Positions 26,565-38,309 of a stretch of DNA of 64,000 nt are shown here, one piece after another. Made by a program: the position numbers and the translations under genes. The notes below the pieces were generated by a model. The model worked only from the letters and a program-made list of their open reading frames with translations, searched no databases and was not told the DNA's origin. The first letter of the stretch is position 1. Each line of letters opens with the position of its first letter. Location: contig NC_069005.1 in the NCBI RefSeq assembly GCF_001194135.2, positions 15,687,797-15,751,796 on the forward strand, written 5' to 3'. This DNA comes from Octopus bimaculoides. Taxonomy: Eukaryota.

Positions 26565-27043
26565 ATTGAATGTGCCTTTCCAAATATAGACATTGTCTTG
26601 CGTATATTTTTAACATTAATGGTCACAGATTGCTAAGCTGAGCATTCATTTTCTCATTTGAAGTATGTTAAAAATCCCACAAGAACAACTGTGCAATAAG
26701 GTAGGCTGGATACCTTATCACTGCTTAGTATGGAACCAGATGTCTTACATAAGATTAATTTCAAGGATCTGATCAAAGACTTTGCAATTAAAAAATGTAG
26801 GAGAAAACTTTTTGAACATAAATGAATGGAAGTATGCAAAAATAAACATCATTGATTTAGTTTCATCTTTTTTTTCTATAGTTTCAGCTGAGAGCTGCGG
26901 CCATGCAGATGCACCACCATTTATTTTGGAAAATAAAAATTTATTTTATGGTTTATTATTGTTTATATTTTGAATTACATATATACAGGAGCACCAAAAT
27001 CTTTTAAATGCTTCAGGCCTCCATAGGTCTTAATCTGGCCCTG
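26565..27043 (+). mobile_element. hAT transposon 3' end (dimerisation domain remnant plus TIR)
   Basis: IECAFPNIDIVLRIFLTLMVTDC*AEHSFSHLKYVKN..RLDTLSLLSME..FKDLIKDFAIKKCRRKLF; terminal TTAATCTGGCCCTG. Confidence 0.82.
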
Positions 27044-27474
27044 CATAATTTCACTCCCTGCACCAAGTGACATGTTGTGCCCTTCAGCAAAACACTTTAT
27101 TTTGTGTTGCTCCAGTTTTCTTAGCTGAAAGGGGAACCAGTAGGAGTTGAATGAGGAGGACACCTTGCAACCAATTGCATACTGGAATCCCATACAGAAA
27201 GGGAATTCAAGAGGGAAGAAGTGGGCATAGCAGTTGGTGCAGGTCCCACAATATGGGTGTTGAGAAAAGGAGAGACAAGTGGGGTGAGAAATGCCCATGC
27301 TGAGGTGGCACAATACTAGACAGTCTTGAGGAACAGAGGCAATTGTAATAACAGTGAAAAAGAGAGAGATAGTGGACAGTGCATCTTGCAGCTAGTGATT
27401 GTGCTGTGATCAATCAATCAGATGGCACTTTTGGGGGGTGGGGTAGGAGGCCTAATAGTTCTGCATAGGCGCAG

Positions 27475-27835
27475 GCATGGGTGTATGGTAACAAGTTGCA
27501 TCTCAGCCACATGGTTCTGGGTTCAATTCCACTGCATGGCACCTTGGGCAAGCATCTTCCACTATAGCCTCAGGCCGACTAAAGCCTTGTGGGTAGACTT
27601 ATTTGGTGGATGGAAACTGGAAGAAGCCTGTCTTATGTGTGTGTCTGTCTGGCCCCCATCACTGCTTGGCTACTGGTGTTGGTGTGTTTCTATCTCTGTA
27701 ACTTAGCAGCTCAACAAAAGCAATCGATAGCACAAGCACCAGATTCAACATTAAAAAAAAAAGTATTGGGGTTGATTCATTGAAGACTGTGCCCTGGAAT
27801 GGCATGGGTCTGATACTGAAACAAGTAAAAAGAAA
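27475..27835 (+). mobile_element. SINE family C
   Basis: Full forward copy. Confidence 0.82.
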
Positions 27836-28599
27836 ATAGACAAAGAAAAAGATGTGGTGGTAGCAGGACCACCTCGGATGTGGAAATCCCAGGTCTACTT
27901 CAGGGTCACATCTGTGTTTTGTAGAGGGGTAGTAGTAGTTAGGGGCTGAAATATTTCTTGGCTGTGAAAAATGGAAAGCATGAAAGCAAGATGATTGATG
28001 TGTATAAAGGACAGTTGATCTGGCATTAAATGCATCATATAATGAGCATCCATTACCACGTGGATTATATTATTATATTATTCCAGCTGCAAAGTAAGAC
28101 AATCCACTCACAAGTGAATGCCCTTTCTCTTGGATAGGAATATTTCGAAAGAGTGTGGAAGAAAATACAAAAAGAAAACAGGAAAAATGAAATGGAAAGA
28201 GGAAAACTAAAACAAAGACATAAAAGATACACGGAACATTCTCCATGGAATTATCATCTTGTGATGGAAAAAAAATATTTGGATACAAGAAAAGAAAAAA
28301 GAAGAAAGAAAGAAGCAATCACAATTAAGTTAACACAAATGACCTGATATTTTGTCTAAATGACAGATTAGTTAAATAGTGAGTTTCAGATTGAAAGAAA
28401 AAATATATTAAAAAATGAATAAACAGAAAATAGATTAAGAAAAAGCAGGAAATTATTTTGTAAAAAATATAAGCTGACTGATATGGGAACAGGTGTATAT
28501 CATTTATGATATCTTGCTAACTGATCCATATCTAAATTTCTAACTGGGAAAAAATAAAAAAAATATCAAAACAATATTATGATGATGATGATAATAATT

Positions 28600-29110
28600 A
28601 TAGTTTCTAAATTTGGCACAATGCCAGCAATTTCAGGGAAGGGGTTAAGTCAATTATGTCAACCTCAGTACTTGACTGGGACTTGTTTTATTGACTCTGA
28701 AAAGATGAAATGCTAAGTTGAGCTCAGTAACCATTTCTTCTAAAGGCACAAGGCCTGAAATTTTGGGGAAGGGTTCAAGGTAATTGTATCAACCCCAGTG
28801 CTCAACTGGTAATTTATTTTATAAACTCCAAAATAATGAAAGGCAAAGTTGACCTTGGCAGAACTGAAACTCAGAACATAAAGATGGATGAAATGCTACT
28901 AAGCATTTTGTCCAGATTGGTGACAATACTGTCAGGTCACCACCTCAAATTTTGGTACAAGGGCAGTAAGTTCAGGGGGAGGGATTCAGTCAATTGCATC
29001 ACCCCCACTGCTCAAATGGTACTTATTTCATCGACCCCGAATGGATGAAAGGCAAAGTCAACTCCAGCAGAAATTCAACTCAGAAAGTAAAGATAAATGA
29101 AATGCCACTA
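28600..29110 (-). mobile_element. Cluster of three SINE family B copies
   Basis: Repeated family B motifs. Confidence 0.8.
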
Positions 29111-29802
29111 AGTCTGGTGTGCTAGGTACTGGGCCAACTGGTTTGAAGTTTTGAAGTTGTGATTTTCACCAAATTTTCTTTTTCAGAATTGGAACCTCCA
29201 TAGCTGAAAACGTGGGTTTCCGTAAAAGAAAAAAAAATTTNNNNNNNNNNNNNNNNNNNNNNNNNNNNNNNNNNNNNNNNNNNNNNNNNNNNNNNNNNNN
29301 NNNNNNNNNNNNNNNNNNNNNNNNNNNNNNNNNNNNNNNNNNNNNNNNNNNNNNNNNNNNNNNNNNNNNNNNNNNNNNNNNNNNNNNNNNNNNNNNNNNN
29401 NNNNNNNNNNNNNNNNNNNNNNNNNNNNNNNNNNNNNNNNNNNNNNNNNNNNNNNNNNNNNNNNNNNNNNNNNNNNNNNNNNNNNNNNNNNNNNNNNNNN
29501 NNNNNNNNNNNNNNNNNNNNNNNNNNNNNNNNNNNNNNNNNNNNNNNNNNNNNNNNNNNNNNNNNNNNNNNNNNNNNNNNNNNNNNNNNNNNNNNNNNNN
29601 NNNNNNNNNNNNNNNNNNNNNNNNNNNNNNNNNNNNNNNNNNNNNNNNNNNNNNNNNNNNNNNNNNNNNNNNNNNNNNNNNNNNNNNNNNNNNNNNNNNN
29701 NNNNNNNNNNNNNNNNNNNNNNNNNNNNNNNNNNNNNNNNNNNNNNNNNNNNNNNNNNNNNNNNNNNNNNNNNNNNNNNNNNNNNNNNNNNNNNNNNNNN
29801 NN

Positions 29803-30130
29803 CCTTTCGGTCATGAATGACCATGGGATTGCACTTAGAGAGTTAACCTCTGAGGCACAAGTCCAGGCAAGGTTGTTTATAGAAGATCAGCAGTCACCCA
29901 AGCATACTGGCCTCTCCTCTCCACACCACCGATGTCATCCAAGGGAAAGGCAAAGGGGCCGATACAACTTGGCACCTGTGATGTCACAACTCATTTGTAC
30001 AGCTGAGTTAACTGGAACAACGTGAAATAAAGTGTCTTGCTCAAGAATACCACACACAGCCCGGTCCGGGATTCGAACTCATAACCTCAGTCGTGAGTTC
30101 GATGCTCTAACCACTGTGCCATGCGCCTAC
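29803..30130 (-). mobile_element. SINE family A
   Basis: Reverse-complement copy starting at a gap edge. Confidence 0.85.
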
Positions 30131-30142
30131 ACACACACACAC

Positions 30143-30197
<55 letters not shown>

Positions 30198-30547
30198 TAT
30201 ATAAATAAACACATATTTAATGCTGACATAAGTAGGTGTATACATATGCACACTCACACATGTATATGCATGTGTGAGGATGGGGTTTTGTGCCTGGAAT
30301 ATAAAAGTTTTGTGAAACTTTCCGAATTGTCAGAAGCTTTCTTACTTTCCCTTTTTTGATACTACAATGCATTTATATGAATATGTGTGTGTGTGTGTGT
30401 GAGTATGTGTGCAACAGGTCACTGGGCTTGCATAACAAAACTAATGCTTTCTACATTTGAATTGAATACTTCTGGCGTAACAATGAATATATATATATAA
30501 AGGAGACAAATGCTTGAGATGTTGTTAATCCATTTATATTATGAAGT

Positions 30548-30631
30548 CCTCTACATACGTTTCGATGGGTGGACTCTAAAATGTCTGGCAGGATAAATAA
30601 TGCTCAAAAGTGCACCAATCACTTCAAGAGG
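30548..30631 (-). ncRNA. Degenerate type I hammerhead motif
   Basis: Minus strand reads CCTC-TTGAAGT-GATTGGTGCAC...GTCCACCCATC-GAAA-CGTATGTA-GAGG. Stems I and II recognisable; core decayed. Confidence 0.5.
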
Positions 30632-30667
30632 TTTATGATAACAAGCTCATCAAAAAAAACATGTTAA

Positions 30668-30910
30668 CTGGAAAAGAAAGTCTTACATATGCTCTTCCAT
30701 CTATCTGGTAGACTTACAAGCCTCCTCTTCCAAAATTTACTTGTCTGTGACGAAAAATACTCCTCCAGTACTGTTCTGACCTCACCTACAGAATGCATAA
30801 TTTTTCTGTCCAAATGATTTTGAAGACTAAGGAATATATATAATGTGTGTGTTTCTTTATATATATGCCCCATCTACCATATTTGCCAGACATTGCCCCA
30901 TCTGATTATT
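30668..30910. mobile_element. Rearranged mariner C-terminal fragment (same family as 31816-33042)
   Basis: 30668-30835 minus encodes SLQNHLDRKIMHSVGEVRTVLEEYF..LVSLPDRW. 30868-30910 plus encodes the preceding PYLPDIAPSDYY. Confidence 0.8.
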
Positions 30911-31089
30911 ATTATATATATATAAATATAATAAGGTTTTTAAACTTTTAAATTTTCATATTCAAAATGTATATGTGTGTGTGTATGTATATATGGATAG
31001 GTATACAGGTAAAGTGTATGTATGCATATGTATACGGGTAATATAGTGTAGTAAAGAGAAATAAACAAAATAATTAATTAATCTAGTGG

Positions 31090-31560
31090 AAATCCACAGG
31101 AGAGCAATAAAAATAGAAAATTAAGGAGTTATCTCCCCTATAATAACAAAGACGAAAGCTAACGAGATCCTAAAGACCTAATNNNNNNNNNNTTAAGGAG
31201 TTATCTCCCCTATAATAGCAAAGACGAAAGCTAACGAGATCCTAAAGACCTAATAATAGTTATGTATGTGTTTTTTCGTGTTTTGTTCGAAAGGTAACCA
31301 CTCCTGAAGAAGTGCCAAACGTCTAAATCCAATGGACCAGTCACTGGATAAGTTTGGCACAGAAATGTTAACATAGAGTGGTGAATAAATCGATATATCG
31401 AATTTGAAGTCTCTGTCTCTTTTGAATATGAAAATTTAAAAGTTTAAAAACCTTATAATATAAATATAAACTGTGAGAACGACCCTTAAGGAATCTAGTT
31501 AATGATCTCCTAAGGTAAGTTCTTATGCTATATTGGTAACGGTTGCTACATCCTCTGGGA
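31090..31560 (+). mobile_element. Penelope-like terminal-repeat (pLTR) remnant containing the hammerhead
   Basis: Contains HHR 31297-31382; 31420-31467 has an inverted copy at 30920-30967. Confidence 0.5.
31297..31382 (+). ncRNA. Type I hammerhead ribozyme, Penelope-type with palindromic minimal stem III
   Basis: Stem I ACCACTC/GAGTGGT. Core CTGAAGA 31304-10. Stem II GTGCCAAAC/GTTTGGCAC. GAAA 31362-65. Palindromic ATGTTAACAT stem III. ATA cleavage triplet. A-A mismatch at position 10.1/11.1. Confidence 0.75.
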
Positions 31561-31593
31561 AAATTATTATATATAAATATATATATATATATA

Positions 31594-31805
31594 TGAGGGA
31601 GTGCTGAAAAGTTTCTGGCTTTGGGTAAAAGAAAATACAGGAGGATTAGGATGATTTTATTAAACATATTACCCTCACAGATTCACACACTTATTGCAGC
31701 AGCCCTTCAGTTTTTTTAAGTCCTGTAAAAGAACTTGGAAGATTCGGCCTACAACCAGGCCTTTCATAATACTCTTAAAGTCAGGAACTTTACAGCACCC
31801 TGTCA
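31594..31805 (+). mobile_element. Mariner-derived MITE (~210 bp)
   Basis: Imperfect TIRs TGAGGGAGTGCTGAAAAGTTTCTGGCTTT and rc TGACAGGGTGCTGTAAAGTTCCTGACTTT; TA flanks; second copy at 4752-4970. Confidence 0.75.
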
Positions 31806-31815
31806 TATATATATA

Positions 31816-33042
31816 TTGGGTCATCCAACAAATAATGCAGCTTTTTCAATTGTATGAACTAAAAGTTGGAAGGGGACAGGATAAACTACCTGCATCAACT
31901 TGCTATAAAAGCAAGTAGTAAGTTTAACCTTGTCCTTATTCTTGGTACAAGTTTTGAAGAGTACAGTTTGATTTTAACAGTTATTTTTTCAAAGTTATGA
32001 GAGTGACAAAAGAGTATATTCAGTATATTTCGCTTTCTTTTTTTATTATGCGCCCTTGTAAAGCCTAGCCAGGCTCATGGGCCTGGTTTCCCGGTTTCTA
32101 TGGTGTATGTGTTCCCCCCAGCTGGACGGGATGCCAGTCCATCGCAGCATTACTCAAGAAACAGGAAGAAAGAGTGAGAGAAAGTTGGGGCGAAAGAGTA
32201 CAACAGGGGTCGCCACTACCCCCTGCTGGAGCCTCGTGGAGCTTTATGTGTTTTCGCTCAATAAACACACACAATGCCTGGTCTGGGAATCAAAACCTCA
32301 ATCCTCCGACCGTGAGTCCACTGCCCTAACCACTGGGCCATTGCACCCCCATAGTTTGCTTTATGAGTTCAATAAAGTCAACAATGCCACAGAAAGTGTG
32401 AGGAATATTAATGCAATATATGGGGACGGACAATAAGAGTAAGCCAGTGTCAACAGTAGTCCCCAAAATTCCGTGCTGGAAACTACAGCCTAGAAGATGA
32501 ACCTTGTCCTTGAAGATCTGTAGAGTTCGACAAGGACATCCTGCAAATCCTGGTGGAACAAAATCCCATTGTAACTGTTGAGGAACTAGCAGAGAAAATT
32601 GGATTTGGTCCTTCAACCATTCATTGACACCAGCGCTAGAAAAATGAAAATGACCATCTTTGGTTTCAAGACAAAAGGTGTTCTTCCATCAGGATAATGC
32701 TAGACCATACACAGTGAGGATGACATCCCAAAGGCTGGAGCAGTGTGAATGGAAAACAATGCCCCACACACCATATTCGCCAGACATTGCTTCATCTGAT
32801 TACTATTCATTCTGTAGTCTTCAAAATCATTTGGACAGAAAAAATATGCATTCTGTTGATGAGGACAGAACAGTACTGGAAGAGAATTTTTTATCACAGA
32901 TAAGTGAATTTTGGAAGAGGGACCTTGTAAGTCTACCAGATAGATGGAAGAGCAGTATATTTTAGATTAAAAAAACTTTGTTTATCTTAATTTTGAAAAA
33001 TAAAAGAAGTATAAAAAATGCATTATTTATGGGATGACCCAA
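31816..33042 (+). mobile_element. Mariner (DD34D) transposon, internally deleted, interrupted by a SINE
   Basis: TIRs TTGGGTCATCC(A/C)A(C/T)AAATAATGCA with TA flanks. N-terminus MRVTKEYIQY/LLYEFNK..NATE..RNINAIYG. C-terminus FHQDNARPYT..PHTPYSPDIASSDY. Confidence 0.9.
32037..32348 (-). mobile_element. tRNA-derived SINE (distinct, CpG-rich, relatively young family) inserted in the mariner
   Basis: Head GGTGCAATGGCCCAGTGGTTAGGGC...GATTCCC (A/B-box-like). A-rich tail. Imperfect 13-bp TSD 32024-36 / 32350-62 (10/13). Confidence 0.8.
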
Positions 33043-33357
33043 TATAAATATATACATATATATATATGTGTATATACATATATATATACACAAACACATC
33101 CAAATATGTATATATGTGTATATAGACACAGACACATACAAATAGATATATGTGTGTATATACAGACACAAACACATGTAAATATATGTATGTGTATATA
33201 CACACAGATACATACATGAACACATGCAAGCATACACACACACACACACATATATATATATACACACACACACACATGCATACATATACAAATTTATATA
33301 CAGTTACACATTATACAAACTACTTGTGTGTGTATATGTGTACACAAATACACACAC

Positions 33358-33398
<41 letters not shown>

Positions 33399-33799
33399 GA
33401 GTGAGTAGACAAGCAAAAAAAGGGTACTCAACACATTTACTGAGAACTGTTTTGATCTATCTATCTATCTATCTATCTGTCTACGTATTTATCATATATA
33501 TATATATATATATATNNNNNNNNNNNNNNNNNNNNNNNNNNNNNNNNNNNNNNNNNNNNNNNNNNNNNNNNNNNNNNNNNNNNNNNNNNNNNNNNNNNNN
33601 NNNNNNNNNNNNNNNNNNNNNNNNNNNNNNNNNNNNNNNNNNNNNNNNNNNNNNNNNNTGTGTGTGTGTGTGTGTGTGTGTGCGTGCGTGCGTGTGTGTG
33701 GGTAAGTTAATTTGGGCATGTGTGAATTTTTTAATATTTTGTTCCTGACAAGAAGCTGCAGAGAATGATAAAAAGAAACACGGAACAAACATTAAACGA

Positions 33800-34934
33800 T
33801 TATTTCAATTATTATGTTGTTGTCATCAGAATTGATGCCACCACCATCATCATCATCAACATCATACCATTGCTGTCATCATCAGCATCATACTATTATG
33901 ATTATTGTTGCTGCTGTTGTTGTTGTCATCACTGTTGCTATCATCATCAACATCATATTATTATTGCTGTCATCGTCACCATATCATTACTATTGCTGTC
34001 ATTGTATTTTCATTATTGTTGTCATCGCCAACATTGTCTTCATTATTAACGTCTCGTTATATTTTCAGAGTTAATTTTATTGTCCTACTAACATTGTCAT
34101 CATTATCACCTTCTTCTTCTGATTATTATTGCTATCATCACCACCATCATCATCATCATATTTTTATTATTACTGTTATCATCATCATTTTTAGTATCAT
34201 CATCATCATCATCATCATCATCATTATCATCATCATATCAACCTTGTTATTTATGTTGCCATCTCATTATAATTATTATTATCACTTCCATCATTATAAT
34301 CCTCATCCTAATTTCACCATCATCATCANNNNNNNNNNNNNNNNNNNNNNNNNNNNNNNNNNNNNNNNNNNNNNNNNNNNNNNNNNNNNNNNNNNNNNNN
34401 NNNNNNNNNNNNNNNNNNNNNNNNNNNNNNNNNNNNNNNNNNNNNNNNNNNNNNNNNNNNNNNNNNNNNNNNNNNNNNNNNNNNNNNNNNNNNNNNNNNN
34501 NNNNNNNNNNNNNNNNNNNNNNNNNNNNNNNNNNNNNNNNNNNNNNNNNNNNNNNNNNNNNNNNNNNNNNNNNNNNNNNNNNNNNNNNNNNNNNNNNNNN
34601 NNNNNNNNNNNNNNNNNNNNNNNNNNNNNNNNNNNNNNNNNNNNNNNNNNNNNNNNNNNNNNNNNNNNNNNNNNNNNNNNNNNNNNNNNNNNNNNNNNNN
34701 NNNNNNNNNNNNNNNNNNNNNNNNNNNNNNNNNNNNNNNNNNNNNNNNNNNNNNNNNNNNNNNNNNNNNNNNNNNNNNNNNNNNNNNNNNNNNNNNNNNN
34801 NNNNNNNNNNNNNNNNNNNTTGATATTAACTAAGCAACAACAGCAGCAGCAGGAATGACACAAATAATAATACTAATAACAATAATAATAATAATAATAC
34901 TAATAACTATAATAATAATAATAATACTAATAAC

Positions 34935-34970
<36 letters not shown>

Positions 34971-35080
34971 TATAATAATAATAATAATACTAATAACAAT
35001 AATAATAATAATAATAATACTAATAACCATAATAATAATAATAATGATGATAATAATAATAGTGATGATTAAGATGACGA
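33800..35080. repeat. (CAT)/(ATT) low-complexity tract, gap, then (AAT)n with periodic ACT/ACA variants
   Basis: Directly visible. Confidence 0.93.
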
Positions 35081-35494
35081 TAATTAAATTTTGCAATGGA
35101 TGTATGAGGGGTTACAAAATATATAGGGCAGGGGGAAGGGGTCACACAAAAAAAAATGAATGCATAAAGTGATGGAACACAAAGTGTAGGTGTGTGTGTA
35201 TATATATGTGTGCTTGTGTGTGTGTGAAAGGTATGAAGTCCCAAGAAGAGGGCCACCACTGTGGCCAACCAAGGAACACCACAGATCCAAAAATTATTCT
35301 ATTTACCAACGATCAGTGCTCTGTCACAAATGATGACCTTTAGGTCAACCTAACAGGTGTATGCTGAGAATGGGGCCCATCCACTGTGACCCAGACTGCA
35401 CCCAATGTCTCTCACCAACTTTCCAACAAATTTACCGAAGGACAGCACTTACCTCTCCACTGCCAATTTCATTTCAAAGTGGAACTTGAAAACA

Positions 35495-35499
<5 letters not shown>

Positions 35500-35533
<34 letters not shown>

Positions 35534-35730
35534 CCTTTCTACTTTAGGCAAAAGGCCTGAAATTTTGTAGGAGGGGACTAGTCGATTACATTAACTCCAG
35601 TGTTTCACTGGTACTTAGAACATTAATGGCAAAGTCGACCTCAGCAAAATTTGAACTCAGAACATAGCGACAGGTGAAATATTGCTAAGCATTTCACCCG
35701 GCACACTAACGATTCTGCCAGCTCACCACC

Positions 35731-35764
<34 letters not shown>

Positions 35765-35880
35765 TAATTCTTTCTACTGTAGACAGAAAGCCTGAAATTT
35801 TGGAGGAGGGAACCAGCTGATTATATTGACCCTTATTATGTTCAACTGGTACTTATTTAATTGACCCCAAATGGATGAAA
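35500..35880 (-). mobile_element. SINE family B copies with (TAA)n tails
   Basis: One full and one partial reverse-complement copy. Confidence 0.8.
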
Positions 35881-36285
35881 GAATGATAATAATAATTATT
35901 ATTATTATAGCAACAGCAACAATAATGTGTGAATACACATATATAATAAATGTCAGGAAGACCTTTCTAAGTTGAATACTAGAGGTAATTATAGGAGAGT
36001 AAGCAACAAGCATCAACAACAACAACAATAACAAGAGGAGGAAGCTGAATGATAGAGAGAGAAGGGAAAAAGAAAAGAACAAAAGCTGAATGAAAAAATT
36101 AATTAGTACACTAAAATGAATGAGTATAATTGTAGGAATTGTATGACATTGTTTATACGATGAGTTGAGTATGTATGTATGTAGGTGATTCTGTATAGAA
36201 TAAGCATGTGTGAGTGAGTGTGAATATATACTGATATTTATATATTCACACATACATCTGTAAGAGTGGGTGTATATGCGTGTCT

Positions 36286-36317
<32 letters not shown>

Positions 36318-36500
36318 AACATATACATTGATTGACTAATATAAATATATATATTTATGTATACACATATATACAGACATTAATATATATATATATATAT
36401 ATATATACAAACACAGCGATTTATATATATAGATAGATATACACATGGTGACATTGCATATACACACACCCATATATATACACACAGACATATCTATCTA

Positions 36501-36557
<57 letters not shown>

Positions 36558-36943
36558 CACAGACAAAATACATACATGCATGCTGGTTCATTATTCACAT
36601 AATTATTATAAATAAATAAAAAAAACGGTTTGTCGGTTACACCTGCTCTTATTCTCAAGTCAGTGCAACATAACTAACAACAATCATCAACACAAAGCAA
36701 GAAGAAATCAGCAGGTGCTCCAGCATGGCCAGGTGAGAGCTAAAACAAACACACACATACACACAAAATATATATTTTCGATGGTAAAATAGTTGTTGTC
36801 ATCAGCCTTTCTGCATCTTTCAACTTTCTATCACTCCGTACATGTTTGTATGTATAATGTACACACAGACATACATGCACTAATATAAATATACACACAG
36901 CGATTTGTATATATCTATATATGCACATGTAAGTACACAGTGA

Positions 36944-36976
<33 letters not shown>

Positions 36977-37045
36977 AGCATGTACACACGACACACATAT
37001 ATATATATAGACATATGTATATATACACACAGAGTGATATAAATG

Positions 37046-37082
<37 letters not shown>

Positions 37083-37574
37083 NNNNNNNNNNNNNNNNNN
37101 NNNNNNNNNNNNNNNNNNNNNNNNNNNNNNNNNNNNNNNNNNNNNNNNNNNNNNNNNNNNNNNNNNNNNNNNNNNNNNNNNNNNNNNNNNNNNNNNNNNN
37201 NNNNNNNNNNNNNNNNNNNNNNNNNNNNNNNNNNNNNNNNNNNNNNNNNNNNNNNNNNNNNNNNNNNNNNNNNNNNNNNNNNNNNNNNNNNNNNNNNNNN
37301 NNNNNNNNNNNNNNNNNNNNNNNNNNNNNNNNNNNNNNNNNNNNNNNNNNNNNNNNNNNNNNNNNNNNNNNNNNNNNNNNNNNNNNNNNNNNNNNNNNNN
37401 NNNNNNNNNNNNNNNNNNNNNNNNNNNNNNNNNNNNNNNNNNNNNNNNNNNNNNNNNNNNNNNNNNNNNNNNNNNNNNNNNNNNNNNNNNNNNNNNNNNN
37501 NNNNNNNNNNNNNNNNNNNNATAAGATGTAGGGGGGGGGCGTGTTGAGGAGGTGAGATATAAAATGAATATAGT

Positions 37575-37575
37575 A

Positions 37576-37628
<53 letters not shown>

Positions 37629-37920
37629 CAATCGATGGAAAAGAGAAATACAAGAAACAGGTGTCTGAGAGAATGAGTGTCCATGCGTGTGATAGAGAGA
37701 GAGAGCGTGTATGTAAGAGAATGAGTGTGTGGGAGAGAAAGAGAGAGAGAGATTGTGTGTGTGTGTGTGTGTGTGTGTGTTTGTGTGTGTGTCTGNNNNN
37801 NNNNNTGTGTGTGTGTGTGTGTGTGTTTGTGTGTGTGTCTGAGAGAGAGAGAGAGAGTGTGTGTGTGTGTGTGTGTAAGAGAGTGTGCGCGTGTGTTAAG
37901 AGAGAGAGTGTGTATGTGTG
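37575..37920. repeat. (GA)n/(GT)n compound microsatellite
   Basis: Directly visible. Confidence 0.95.
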
Positions 37921-38055
37921 TGTCAGTGTGAATTTGGCTTTATTTTCAGTGTCTTTTGAGTTTCCCTACTTCCTCGTCTCTTTTCCCCTCCCCCACCCCA
38001 CTATTTCAATAAATGAATGAATGAACGATGGCTAAATGCGTGAAAAGACAACGAA

Positions 38056-38087
<32 letters not shown>

Positions 38088-38278
38088 AGAAGATGTATAA
38101 GTTTTGTTATGAACGTCAATGCTGGTCGTTTGCCTCGTTGTTTTATCATCTACCGGTTGGCTGGTTGGGTGGCTGGTTGGTCTTTACGTAGTGACAATGA
38201 CTTACTTTCTGTTTGTTTCCAGGTGTGTACACACACACACACACACACACACATACATACATACACACATACACACAC

Positions 38279-38309
<31 letters not shown>

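Noticed and set aside
28099-28130. Possible microexon with a CTT|GTGAGT donor after a long pyrimidine tract (minus strand); similar micro-candidates at ~50687-50712 (+) and ~60430-60460 (-)
   Set aside because: Such short matches arise by chance in AT-rich DNA; unsupported without RNA data.
31128-31250. ~55-bp direct repeat in the Penelope pLTR region
   Set aside because: Also flanks a 10-N gap; most likely a scaffold overlap artefact rather than a real tandem pLTR.
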